From positions 12,400,001-12,464,000 of the forward strand of contig CM120645.1 in NCBI GenBank assembly GCA_051362555.1: a stretch of DNA of 64,000 bases, in the 5' to 3' direction. The DNA is from Lingula anatina (Eukaryota > Animalia > Brachiopoda). Positions 12,476 through 25,324 of this stretch are shown in pieces. The notes under the pieces are model-generated. The model searched no databases. It was not told the DNA's origin and saw only the letters and a program-made list of their open reading frames with translations. The number at the start of each line of letters is the position of its first letter. Position 1 is the first letter of the stretch. The translations under genes and the position numbers were made by a program.

Positions 12476-14248
12476 TTTGGAAAAATACCTACTACTCTAA
12501 ATTTTGAATCATCCATTTACATTTGCATTACTAATCAACTAAAAAAAACGACAAAATTTTGCTATACAATTACCTTATTTAACTGTTTATGGTCACTTAC
12601 TTGGAATGGTTCCAGATATATGTGTTCAGGCTCCAATCAGCATTTTATATCATCATGATCAAAATCAATCATTAACTAGCTGATACATAACCCAGCTTCT
12701 GAAGCAGTACCTATATAACATTGTTTTAGACATCGGATACAGACTTAGATCCAATGTAACAGTTCAGGGTTATTCCCATGGTTTATTTGTATTATAACCT
12801 TTTTTTTTTAGAAGAGGAGTAATTCTGAGTTTCACTTTCTATTCATCTGGAAATCTTACATTTCACCCTCACCTTCACAGTGAACAGAGGCATGCCCTTA
12901 CATTTCAATACATATTTGTCACATCTTATTAATTCCTAGGGGGAATTGTTTCATCACTTTTTGGGCTGAATTCATACCCAATGCTTTCAACTATAGACAG
13001 ACCATCTTAGTCATAGCAGAGGTACGGAACTAAGTTCAATACATTTAGTGCATAGTTATTGGACTGGTCAGTTCTGCTTTAATGACCACTACTTAGTCAG
13101 CACTGAATTTTGACTACTTATCAATATTTGCTTGTACATGAATAATGAATACAGGACAATACAGAATACATGATGCTAGGTATCTTTCTGGCGATCTTCT
13201 GGAATTTTTTTTATTTTCTTCACATACAATCTGTTGGATAATTAATGGAAAAAGGTTAAAATAATGGGAGTCATTTCTGAAATTGGGTACTTAAATGGAT
13301 TAAGGGGTAGCAAAAGGGTTAGTTGGCCTGAAGAATAGAGCAAGCTCATTCTACGCTAAATACACAATGAACCACGGATTCTCATTTACCTTATAAAAAT
13401 TAAGCAAACCGAGTTCATTAGATCAGATCAAAAATAGAAGTATTGCATTGTGACTCTAATCCTTCATGTAATTATCCTTTGGCAAGTGAATAAAAGCAAA
13501 ATTTAATCAAATCAAAATTTAGTCTTTCTAGATTGTAACACACTGGTAATACAGTGAACAGCAAATAAACTAAGTGCCACCACTAATGGTTTTAACCGCC
13601 CTACCTGGGAGTATAGCATGTCATCCTTAGGCATCTGTATCAAATTGTATCTAATTGTATCAAACTGGATCTAACTTCTCATGCTTGGCAGACACTGGTG
13701 TTTGCCTTCTAGCCCAGAAGCCAGTAACTTGAGTCTGGCACAGCAATGTCAAGCCACAATGTCACGTAGGGTTGAATAAACACCATTGTCTTCTATAAAA
13801 CCATACAATCTCCCCTAGAATACCATACAATTCAATACATTAAGCTAGGGTTTGGCAGTTGCATTCACACCTAGATTATTTTAGACTGAATGCTGGTGTG
13901 AAATATGTTATAAGAGGGACGTATTGCAGAACTAAAGCCTCTACAAACTATGAAATGTATGTGGGTATTGTCACGAGAATCAGCATTTCAGCTAAGTCAT
14001 CATCTTTCTCTGAACAGCATCCTGCTTCTTACAAAGGCCTGCAGCACTAGTTGTCCTCTTCTCTATTGTTTTATACATCAACAGCACAAGGTCCAAAAAG
14101 ACTTAACCATGTCAAATACACATACAGCCACATCTCTTACTGTTGAATAAATAGCAATGCAAATACCACACAAGCTCAAGTTCAAGGGACCAATATAACC
14201 TCACCAAAACCCTGCTGTTCTTTCTCTTTATTTTCAACACAGACGTAC

Positions 14249-14283
14249 CTTATTCTGCACCGTTGTTGTTCCTCTAACACCCA
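14249..14283 (-). other. Candidate 35-nt micro-exon
   Basis: Acceptor cctctgtttttAG and donor AAG|GTACGT on the - strand; two frames are open. Confidence 0.25.
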
Positions 14284-16129
14284 CTAAAAACAGAGGACTC
14301 AATGTCACTCCAGGTTGAAGAAATGCTTCTGTCTATCGGGTCTCCACACACCCCTCCAGACAGGGGCCCCATAAAACCATTATTAATCAATTAAACCCCT
14401 ATTCACTTCATAGATAAGCACCTCAATGGCATCATTTACATAATGTCCCTCTCAGTGCTGTTAAATACCAGTGCTTAAAACACTATCACTCCAACTACTT
14501 TGTATTAATGCAGTTATTTCAGTGGCACAAGGCTTAAGTTATCAACAATACTCATCACTCTCCCTGTTGTTTGACTTGGAATAAGATCTCTGTCTACCAC
14601 GTAAGCTATACTCACAATATTCACAGAAGGGATAAAAGCAGAATAGTTTAACCTATTGAAAACTGCCAAAACACCACTTATTCTGTACTCTGGTCCTGTA
14701 TTCAGCCTAAAACAAGTCTTTTAAGTCACAGGTTATTATAGTCACAGTCTTAACCAAGTTTTTCAAACAGACCAACTTAAAACACAGACACTGACTTACT
14801 GTGTAATAAACTGCTACTCGGGAAGTTAAGTTCTTCTTCAACTTTGGTAGCTGTCTGGCCAAGGAAACGTATAGACTAAGAATATTACTGAGTCACTATT
14901 CCGATCCTGAAAACTTCGAACTTCGTGCCCATACAATAGCTCTGCAAACAAGCCACCACCAGGAAGTAAACAAATTAGGTCACCCACTGTACAGATATAC
15001 ACCCCTTACCTGTCTGCCCCCCAGTGGGCAAATAACAAACTATTATGACACAGGTGTGTGGGAGGCTGTCCAGGTAAACAAGGCACTATTTTGACACAGG
15101 TAGGTGCACAGATAAATAGAGAACTCCCTTCTTGGTGTGGGTAAGGTTCATCTTATAGTGAGTAATACATCTGACATAAAATATATAAAATACTGATAGA
15201 TATCTATCTGTCAAATAACTGTGGGTAAATATTTAAAGTGTTTTACAGCAATAAAAGTATCAAAATATATCACTGTGAAAAATTAGTTGGTGTAGAACCT
15301 GTGAATCTGAATGCCCCCCCCCCCCCCCGATATTATAAGAATTGCACAAAAATTGGTAAATTAAGGATAATTTCAATAGTTATACATTGCCCATATGGTG
15401 GATTAAATAAAACAAGGTAAAACATTTATCTCAACTTCATATTTACCTTTTAACACACCTAGTAGTAGGAAGCTCCATTCTCTGTGTCACATAAAACCCA
15501 TCAATAAAGTTTCTCTCTCTTACTGTAATACTGAGATGGTCTGAATGGAGTTTTAAAAACGTGCAAGAATGAATAGTAATTTCGCACCATTCATAAACAC
15601 ATTTTCACCTGCCCTTCGCCATATGGTCTAAGAAAAACAATCTTAGCCTGGTTATAACAATAGAAAACAATGGTACAATCCAGTAAACACAGATCTGATT
15701 TCACTGATTCTAACATAAGAAACGTGTGTCCAATAAATCTAATATTGATTTCAGTGTGGTTATTGCATAGCATGTTTTACCTAATTGTCATACTACTTTG
15801 TTGTATACAGTACAAAATTTTACCCTGTGTTTACAGCCTGCATCTAAGACTAAACTTTTTAGCCCACTGGTTACTCCCACCAGAACATCTAAGAAACCAA
15901 AGTTGGAATCAAAATTTTCAAGATGACAAAAACTTTTATCTTAATCATCTGCTTATATTTTAACCAATCCAATCCAAACATACTGGTAACTTTGAAAACT
16001 TGAATATACTTGTCAGTCTGAAAATGGAGCACTCAATGCAACAGAATGTTGTAGTCATCTAACTACAAATGCACTTTTGGTCCTAATTTCTCTTCTAAAA
16101 GTTCCCTCAGCTTGAACTATGTCCTATCA

Positions 16130-16630
16130 TCTCAGGGCTGGCACATCAGGACATCACCACTGTTCACTAGATCCCTGTCCAGGGTCATCAGTCCTCACAC
16201 ATCATCACTTCCTACACCTAACCTACAAGGAGGACCACTGGGGCAGGTAGCACTGATAATCTCACCAATCTCAGTTCACAGATCTGTAGGTTTTTATTCA
16301 AGTGGAAGGCCTATGCTGTTCTTCCAGAATTTGTCCAAAATTATTACCAAATCATTGAATTTCTTTGTAGAATCTACTAGAAATTTGATATTTCAGAAAA
16401 AAACAATTGGCCCATTTTTATAACTGTGTGAGTTCTTGCAAAATCAAGAGTAATCTTAAGGTATGCTGCAGTTCACTTAATCTATGCCACAGCTCATTGC
16501 TTCAGTTCAGTCCATCACTTCCTCACCTTACCCTTTATCTGGATCAGCTGTAGGTGTGAACATAAAGTGTAATCTGAGATCACAAAGCCACGGCCATAAC
16601 CCTTCACATTTTACAATCCAGATGGTTTTT
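16130..16630 (+). pseudogene. Decayed L2-type LINE 3' fragment
   Basis: DITTVH*IPVQ resembles L2 HITPVL..HWLPV (TGG>TAG). Downstream NLRSQSHGH resembles a LINE C-terminal YNLRS motif. Confidence 0.35.
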
Positions 16631-18891
16631 CCAAGTAAAGAGTTGCTGCCAATCCAAGATCTCCAGTTGATTGCAATGCCTTAGTTGATGTCATGCTTAC
16701 AACATGCTGTGGACCTGACTGCATGGAGACATAGAGCAGACCAGAGACTGTCACTGGCTGTATGTCTAGTTAGGTTGTGACAGCCTGACTTAGCACACTT
16801 CGTTTCAGCAAACCCTTTGTTCACAATTTCTTAACATAGGAACGTAATCTAATGGCACACAACTTACCTAAATTACAATTGCATATCAGGGCAACACAAC
16901 ACGGCTAGCTACAGTTCATCTGGACATCTAGTTAAATGTCTAACTGTGAACTCCTTTGAAAGTTGCAGTGTCTTTATCAATTAACCTTTCCTAGGAAAGA
17001 TCAGACAATTATAGGAGAGAGAGAGAGAAAGAGGCCTTCACACCTTAACTTACTAAAATCTCCTTGTTAACTAGGGGGAAAATATGCTTTTTGGCATAAA
17101 CAAACCAGTCTGGAAATCGAAAACACACTAACCCTCAAGGTTATGCGAAAAAACAAAAGCAGACATACCTGTTACAAGATGTAAACTTTCACAAGAGAAG
17201 CAATACTTTTCACTAAAAAACCTCTAAAACAAGGCACTAGACTGACATTAGAACTTTACCATCAAAAGACTGCTTCAGATTACAGCATTTGGTCTCTACA
17301 TACCATGTAACCTCCTTGCAAAATTCACACTGGCCACTTTGATTCATAAAATCATTTCACATGTCTATGCATGCAGAAAAAAACGAAACTCACACTTTGT
17401 TTCCTTGAACTTGGAAGTGAGGACCACAACTACTGGAAGGGATGGGTCACAGCAAAACTACTAAGAAATGTGATCCGACTCAACTTGATTAGAGTATCAT
17501 CTGCCTTTATCATCAGAAGCCTCTGCCGCTTCCTGACTCCCCTATCCAAACAAACCAAGGCTGCCTATCTCTCCATGTATCAACTTAGAAATGTGTGTTA
17601 CTTCTGATAGACCGATAAGAGGATGAAAAGAATATATACACAATAGATACAGGGGTTGAAAAAAATTAGGGTAAAAAAATGGGATGTCTTTCTTCACCTA
17701 AGTAAATATTTTTTGTCAATCTTGTTCTTTTATCAGCCGTGGAAGTAATGCGACTGAGAAATGAGAACAAAGAGAGAAAGAAAGCAGGAAAGATCAAGAG
17801 ATTCTATCTTGTAAAAACATGGCCATCTTTTGGCACGCCAGCTGTTACAGACTATTACTAAGGCAAAAAGGGAGAATAGATGCATTTCGAAACAAGAAAA
17901 AATTGGGAACTCAATACAATTTATAATCACAAGTACAAAAATAATGCCAGCCCATGTTTCCATGTACCAACTGCTGCGGCAGACAGATAGCTGACAGACT
18001 AAAGGAGGAAAGTCAAAGCAAAGTAGACTTAGTAACTTTGAACTAAAAAGTAATACTCCTGTGTTCATGTCTGGCAACAACATGGTAGTCAGCTGAGACA
18101 ATAAATATTAGCATAATCAAAAATGATAAAAAATAACAATAAATTCTTTTATTTTTTTTAATAAAGAGTGAAAGAAAGAGACCAGGCTCTGTGTTCAATA
18201 TCAATTTTTTGTCTTACTTCATCAATCCTTTCTGGTAAGATGTTTGTCCAGAAAGAAAGAAAGAAAGAAAGAAAAAAGAAAGAAAATGAACAAAAGAACA
18301 AAGAGAGAGGAATGAAACACCATGCTATGCTAATTGTATACATTGTATCTTCATACAAAAATAACAAAATTAACCCAAAACAAACTCTGCACATACCACA
18401 CATGCTGCTGAAATAAAAGACCCATTATCAAGTAGACCAGTTCCTCATATGGTAATATAGGCAGAAACCAACATGAAAGAATTTGTAAAATGTAACAACT
18501 GGAAACAGAAGCGCAAAGCTTCAAAAGTTGGAAATAGTCAGATGATTCCTGCATCCCCTCCCTTTCTTTGTCTGCAGCAGGAAATTTTATTCGATAAAAA
18601 CGGACGGAGGGACGATGGGCACTTGTGACCAAAAACCACAAACCAGAAACTTTCAGACAAACAAAGGACATATATTTCTCTCTTTTTTTGGAAAAATGGC
18701 TGAGCAGGAAGTGAGTTGGACATTATAGATGGCATTTTGTAATCTCACACCAAAAAGGCACTGCCCGTTACCCATTTGATCGAACCATAAATTGTCATTT
18801 GATGCTTGTAGAGAAGCCCCTGATGATGATGAAGATCCAGAAAAAATATTCAGATTATTTATTTTAATTTAATACCACAAATTCTATCCAC

Positions 18892-18894
<3 letters not shown>

Positions 18895-18960
<66 letters not shown>

Positions 18961-18975
18961 GCACACACATTCACA
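18895..18975. repeat. Compound (CT)n(CA)n microsatellite
   Basis: Direct. Confidence 0.95.
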
Positions 18976-19181
18976 CTTTTTATAGTCTTGAAGTAGGCAC
19001 TGCTTCAGAGGTGGAAACTAAAACAAATGGCCCAGTGTAGTGCTAGGATCTCCAGCATCTGCCCCAGGTGACAGTCATGTTTCCTTTCACTACTCAGCTC
19101 TGTCACATCTCTGGTTACTGATGGTGACTTATGACACAGGATGTGGGACTTTATAAACTATGACATAGTGCTACAAACTTA

Positions 19182-19595
19182 ACAGGTGTGCAAAAATATG
19201 GTGATAACACAGTAATGTTTACTACAAATTCTATGTACCCCGTCTATGTCATGTGAGGCTACGTGTTTGATGAGGACATTGAATGCATTACATCATGCAG
19301 ACTCCAGTAGCATACAGCCACCACAGACGTGCAAAATATGGTGATGACATATGATTGCTTACTATAAATTCTATCTACCCTATGTCATGTGAGGTTACAT
19401 GTTTGATGAGGACATCGAATGCATTACATCATGCAGGTTCCAATAACAGAGGCATACGTACAGTCACCACAGGTGTGCAAAATATGGTGATGACATATTT
19501 ACTTCTATGTACCTGGTCTATGTCATACAAGGTTACATGTATGATGAGGACATTGCATTCATTACATCATGCAGACTCCAATGACAGAGGCACAT
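19182..19595. repeat. Tandem repeat, ~3 diverged copies of ~140 bp
   Basis: ACAGGTGTGCAAAATATGGTGA...GATGAGGACAT...CATTACATCATGCAG recurs at ~19182, ~19323 and ~19469. Confidence 0.9.
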
Positions 19596-21057
19596 CCTTT
19601 AGTTTTTATCCTATCAGTTTCAGTTACAAATCAACTGACTATAGCTGTTTTTGGTAATAAATAATAATATGACTGACAAATCCGATCAATTTAAACTGCA
19701 GTTATCATGAGAAAATAGATTTCAGCGCATCGTGCAGAGCCTATGCTATAGAAAATCAGTCATATTTTGAAAGATTGCTATCACAAGCTGGGGCCAATGC
19801 TTGCTGCAAGGCCATTAAGTTCTACATGGTACCTGTGCCCGTCACATAAGTGAAAGACTAATGACTTCTGACTGATGGCCAGAGTCAATAGGTCTTATAA
19901 CCAATTTGAAGTTCTTAGAAAGATATCAAAATATGATCAAAGGATTTTTCTACAAAATTTGACTCTATAAACATCAGACAATGCCGCAAGAGCATTTTCA
20001 GAAGATGCTTTCTTCAGCATTTAAGACCATGCTGACAAGATTGTTGGTCTAACATTTTACTTCAAAAACTACATGGCACACCTCTGTCAGAGAGAACAAG
20101 TTGCCATGAACTCAATGCAGAAAATTCCAGTAACCATAATATATAGCTGTTAGCAAAAAAAAAAATGAAAAAAATTATCCTCATTTTAGTGCTTGAACAA
20201 AAATGATCAAATTATCTTTTATTTGAAACGTCATTTACCCACCCCAACCCACAATCTTTAGTATTAAAACTACCTGTATTCAAACCCCGTCCCACTTTTA
20301 TAAATATTAGCACATATGTAAAAACAGTAAAACTGTAATTTGTGAACATGTGTTAGCCACCTGGATGTTAAAGCTATTGTGTAACTTCACACTTCGGCAG
20401 CAAGTCAGTTCTTCAGCAAAAACAAACTACCTCGTGTGTTTTAAATTACATGGACAAATATTTGACTAAGGGCATCTGCTTCCTAAACGACAAAAACCTG
20501 TTCAATTTACTCAAGACAATAAAACCCAATAAATCCCCCAATACTTCTGCGATGTACATTTGATCTCATGAAAATGGAGTTTGGATTTCTCACTTTGTTG
20601 ATGATTGCATTTATAATTTGATAATGGGATTCGTTCCCTCATCTAATGCCATGGAAGTTCTAACAATCGCAGAAGTGCGCAGAAGCCGACTGCCTCCCAG
20701 CATGACATTATAATGACAACCCGCAATTTCAGCATTTTCCACAAGAGGTAACTGATACTGTTTGTTAAACTTCATTAATTTGGATAGGGACAAGCAGACA
20801 GGGAAGCTGCAACTTTTCACGCCTAATACCAATCATTAAAACATCATAACATTCACCCTTTAATTATGAACTAACTCTCTCACTATGTTGGTAATTTGGT
20901 GTTTTTCATTTCTAAAACTGGCATCTGATCTCGTTTATTAGCCTCTACAAAACTAGATCAGGACAAGGGAGCTGAGCTGGGAATAATTCATTATAACATC
21001 TGGTGAAAAAAATGAGAAAAAAATGTAAAAATACCAATCATAATGGTATGCACTTAC

Positions 21058-21174
21058 CAAGTACCAGTGACTGTAATTCTCAGTAATTTCCCCAACATGA
21101 ACACACAATGTTATAGACTTGCGCTTGGTTTTCAGCTCTCAGCTTCACAGGAAATTGCTACCCTTTCAGTGGTC
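21058..21174 (-). other. Candidate 117-nt internal exon, probably 5'UTR or non-coding
   Basis: Branch-like TTAAT, acceptor tctccatttgtgtattacAG and donor TTG|GTAAGT. Stops occur in all three frames in the 5' half. A late ATG opens MLGKLLRITVTGT- up to the donor. Confidence 0.5.
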
Positions 21175-21529
21175 CTGTAATACACAAATGGAGAATTAAT
21201 TGCAAATGAGTATTTGCTTGTTACAGCCTTAATAAACGCTGTTCAAGAGTATCATGTGTAGCACTGTACAATTCATCTAAGTGAGTCTGTGGCTGGCTTA
21301 GAAAGAGATAAAAAAGACTTTGAAAACAATAACTGTAGGAGCACTTGTTTTCTAATGTGATATAGAACTAAAACCTGAAAATTAAACCAACCATTTTCAT
21401 TAACAGTAACAATTGCTGTAATATTACATATTTGGCATTGTATTCCTTGTTTTATTTTCAATAAAAGAACACAAAGAACATATCTTTAAGTGCCAATCAT
21501 AATTATTCTACCCGTTTCTCTTTTATGTA

Positions 21530-21686
21530 CAGGAGGCAGATTATGGCCATCTTCAACAATGATACAATCACATATAAATCACATAAAAGAGAAAGCATTA
21601 CATTTGAGAGATCAGTCAGAAGAGCTTGACTGCCAACTCCCCCCCCCCAAAAAAAAAGGTCCCCCCCCCCCTCTGAATCTGCCCCT
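21530..21686. mobile_element. Decayed hAT-like MITE
   Basis: The left end CAGGAGGCAGATT and the right end (reverse complement AGGGGCAGATTCAGAGGGG) are inverted. Poly-C/G interior; no TSD recognisable. Confidence 0.35.
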
Positions 21687-23879
21687 TATCCTTATTATGT
21701 AACGCACACTGATCTCTCCTCAGTGAGTCAGACAACCACATCTTTGGCACCACAAAAAAGTAGACAATATTCTAACTGCAATTTTTTTTACAAGAAAGGA
21801 GACCTCAACAACCTGGAGAATAAACACTTCCTTATCAACTGCTGTCTGTCACCAGCTACCACAAGACACTTGTCGTACATTACGTAACTCTCCTGCCCAT
21901 CTCGGAGGAGGTCCAACAATCAGACACTGCTGACACCAAAAAAAAAAGTCGAAAGCAAAGCCTCCAAAATTTACGTTTTTTCTGTGAAGAAGAAATGCAG
22001 CAACGCAGCCTGCACGCTGCCAAACAATAACACAACAACTAGCAGTAAGCCAGACCAGAAATAGAGAGCCAGACTATCCCAGGAATTCACCATGTATGAA
22101 AACAGTGTACCTTGTCAGTCAACTTTTTTTGTTGGTTGTCATGGCAACTGACTATTACCTGTAGCTCCTAAAGAATGTGTTGGTTTGCACGTGCACGCTT
22201 GCACATTTATGCATGCATGTGTGTAAATAAAGGCGTATGCTCAAATGCTTACCTTAACAACTTAACCACTTAGAAGCTTTGTAGAACTGAATAATCAATG
22301 AATATAATGAAATATCTTTCACAGAGATACTGGCATTGCCAAACTATAAAATATCCTTATTACCTTTTGTATGCTGATTTCTTTACCTGCTGTACAATGT
22401 TAATAGGGCTTATCAGATACAACTTGTAATAACTCTCTGATATTCATGTTCTTGTTACTATACCTGCCATAAACACAGTGGAATACAACTGAACACCAAA
22501 GTGAAGCACTTCATAACTCCACAGCTGTTACAAACACTGTATCCTCTTTTGGTTTAAAAAAAAAGGGAAAAAAAGTTCCTCACGGAAGATTTAACTTGTG
22601 TGAGCATCTGGTTACCTGTTTCCTCTCAAGAAGTAAACAGAACTGAACCATAGAAAACTGAACCATTGGAAACAGTTTAAAATTCAAAAACAACATGGAC
22701 ACTTTAAAAAAAGAACCAAAGTTTTTAAAGGTGAATCATGCAGGAAATATTTACCAAATCCAGGTCTAAAAAAATATGACAGTGAATCCCCCTCCTCAAA
22801 AAAAAAAAACAAAAATCACAAGTAAAAAAAAATTACACTTCTGTCATTTCAAAAGAGCATCCAAAACTGACAATGTACAACACCATCTCTGGGAGACCAG
22901 ATAGTATTATAACCAAATCTCTAGTAAACCCTCTCTTAAAACCTACCTTCACCTATGACAAAACATCAGGGAAACTGGCAAGGTACTTGAGAATCACTTA
23001 AACCAAAATCTGATTATCCATAGCAGAAAATGTCCCTCTTGTTCAGACTCTTTGGAACACTCTCGTAAACTGGCAAAAAGCACTTGGAACTCACTCATAT
23101 ACTGGTGTGAAGGCATTAAGTAGTAGCTGACTTACACATAAACAATAACATCCACAGGCATGGGGCACCAACTGGTAAAACCAACACGCTGTTCCAAAAT
23201 GGACGCCACTGACAAATGACACGAGCCTATAAGTAGCGATCAGCTGCCATGGCGGGGCTTAATTCGGTTAACTAAATCACTTGCAAGTGAAATGTATTAG
23301 ACAGCATGGAGAGAAAATCAACACAAAAAGAAGTCAATGTACCCCTGAGTACAACCGGCCAGCCGCTGTCTCTCCGATTGCGAGCCTTCAGAAACTTTTT
23401 GTCTACATATGGTCAAAGTTAATCCTGGCGATGGGTCTGCCACGTGCGAGGCAGTGGGGTGGAAATGGAAATTTATGGACAGCCATTTTTTATGTCCCTC
23501 AGAGTCAAAGAATACTAGCCTTCAGTTTGCAGCAAGAAAGCACTCAACAGTAAGAGTCTTGTTAATATTTTCTTTTTTTTCAGGGCTGTAAACTCAGTAA
23601 TAAACTTAATATCTTGGTCTATAATTCTTAAATTTTTATGTACGTGAGATATGAACAAGGACAAGTGTAGAAAAGAAATGAGCAGAAAAACAGAAGCCGG
23701 ATTTGTAGAGTCAAAGTCGTTAAGGCAATCATAAAAGGAAATGGTCTCCTGGGCTTTCATTATCTGTGTTGAAAGTGTTTTATGACTGGACACCAGAGCC
23801 ATAATGTTCAGGCAATTTTCAACCAATTTCAAAACTCTTTCCAAGATCATCAGGCAGGAACAAGGATATGTTATAAACC

Positions 23880-24345
23880 TTCAATAAAACTCTCTTTAAA
23901 ATACACTATTAAGAACTTAATAGTATCCTAACGTGGCCAGGAACATGGATGATATGAACAGTATACAAGATATATATTCTGACCAGTTATAATGGTCAAG
24001 ACAAGACATTAAAGTAAATCAATTTAACACTGTGGACCAGACATGCTGTAGAATTGTGAACTGGAGAAATAAAAACAAATGTGAGGGAAGTTCATGGTTA
24101 ACCTTTAGCTACAATTACAGAGGAACAATAGATATTGAAAAATCTATCCAGACATTTTCATGTATTGTGTCTGTGAGAGATGTTCAAAAGTATAAGTGTA
24201 ATTAACGGACAATGCTATAAAGGAGCACAATAAAAGACATCTGTGGAATCTATATATCTATCTCATTACATACTGAAAAAGAAAATGTGTAAAAACTAAA
24301 AGAATTCTAGCTGATTCAGAACATATACCTCATTACATAACTATT
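23880..24345 (+). pseudogene. Decayed Rex-Babar/L2-type LINE ORF2 C-terminal fragment
   Basis: NSILTW...YRGTIDIEKSIQTFSCIV...KTKRILADSEHIPH resembles Rex1/Babar KLTW...YRGTIESILTxxxxVW...KAxxILxDxxHPxH. Frameshifted. Confidence 0.5.
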
Positions 24346-24789
24346 TAAAGGTTGCAAGGGGTATTTGCTATGTCCTAAAATATCAAAATTGGGAGGAGGA
24401 CCTGAAGAAGCAAAACATATTTCTGAAAAAAATTGAACCTTAAATTATCATTAATTATAATGAATGTACTGAAAATCTTATAAATATCAGCCCTTTTTGA
24501 CAAAATCAAAGAATGTGCATAACATGTGTTCTACAGAAGATAAAATGGACAGAAATCAGCTCTGACAGCGCATCAACTTGAGTTGAGCTCTACGCTCCAA
24601 GTTATGTTTCCAGGTTTGTTCTTTACAACTTCAAAACATTACTCAGCTTATTAAAATGTCAATTATCTTAAAGTCTAGCCGATCAGTTGCACCTGGCAGC
24701 CGTGTTAACCTGATTAAATCTGTCAGTTCGGTGCAGGTATTCAATGGCCCATGTATTCACCTGTGTTCTTAGTAAGTCCTTTTTTTTTC

Positions 24790-25060
24790 GCAGTTAAATC
24801 TTCCAAATATCTTGCAATGAATACTTCCAACACAAGTCTACAAATGCAATGTTCGTTCCTCCATTCCTTGTTTTTTCACCTGTGCTCCTGAGTCTCAAGT
24901 CTTGCCAGTAAATCTTCTAAATACCTTGCCGTGAATACTTTTAACAGATGCTGGTTAATTCAGTGTACAGAGAATTCGTAAGTTGTTCACTTACATCTGC
25001 CATTTAACCTTTCAAATATCTAGCAATGAATATTTCCAGCAGAGGTCTATTAATTTTATG
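24790..25060. repeat. Degenerate tandem repeat, 3 copies of ~95-115 bp
   Basis: TAAATCTTCCAAATATCTTGCAATGAATACTTCCAACA-like cores at ~24796, ~24909 and ~25005. Confidence 0.7.
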
Positions 25061-25076
25061 TACAGTTCTTCACACT

Positions 25077-25324
25077 TAATCAACTTTAGTTGCACATTTT
25101 AACTTTATAAAAGGTGGATTTCTGATTAATAACACCCCCAATAATTGTTAAGTTAAGAATAAGTGGAATTAAATAAGGACTTTGAATAGCAATATGGCAC
25201 AAGGCTAATCAACTTTAATTGCACATTTTAACTTCATAAAAGGTGAATTTCTAATTAATAACACCCCCAATGATTGTTTAGTTGAATTAAACAAGAACTT
25301 TGAATAGCAATATGTCAGAGGCTA
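25077..25324. repeat. Tandem duplication of ~129 bp
   Basis: TAATCAACTTTA..TGCACATTTTAACTT...GAATAGCAATATG occurs twice (25077, 25206). Confidence 0.9.

Noticed and set aside
17440-17610. Possible L2 RT fragment (AAYLSMYQLRNV)
   Set aside because: Similarity rests on a few residues and cannot be supported without a search.
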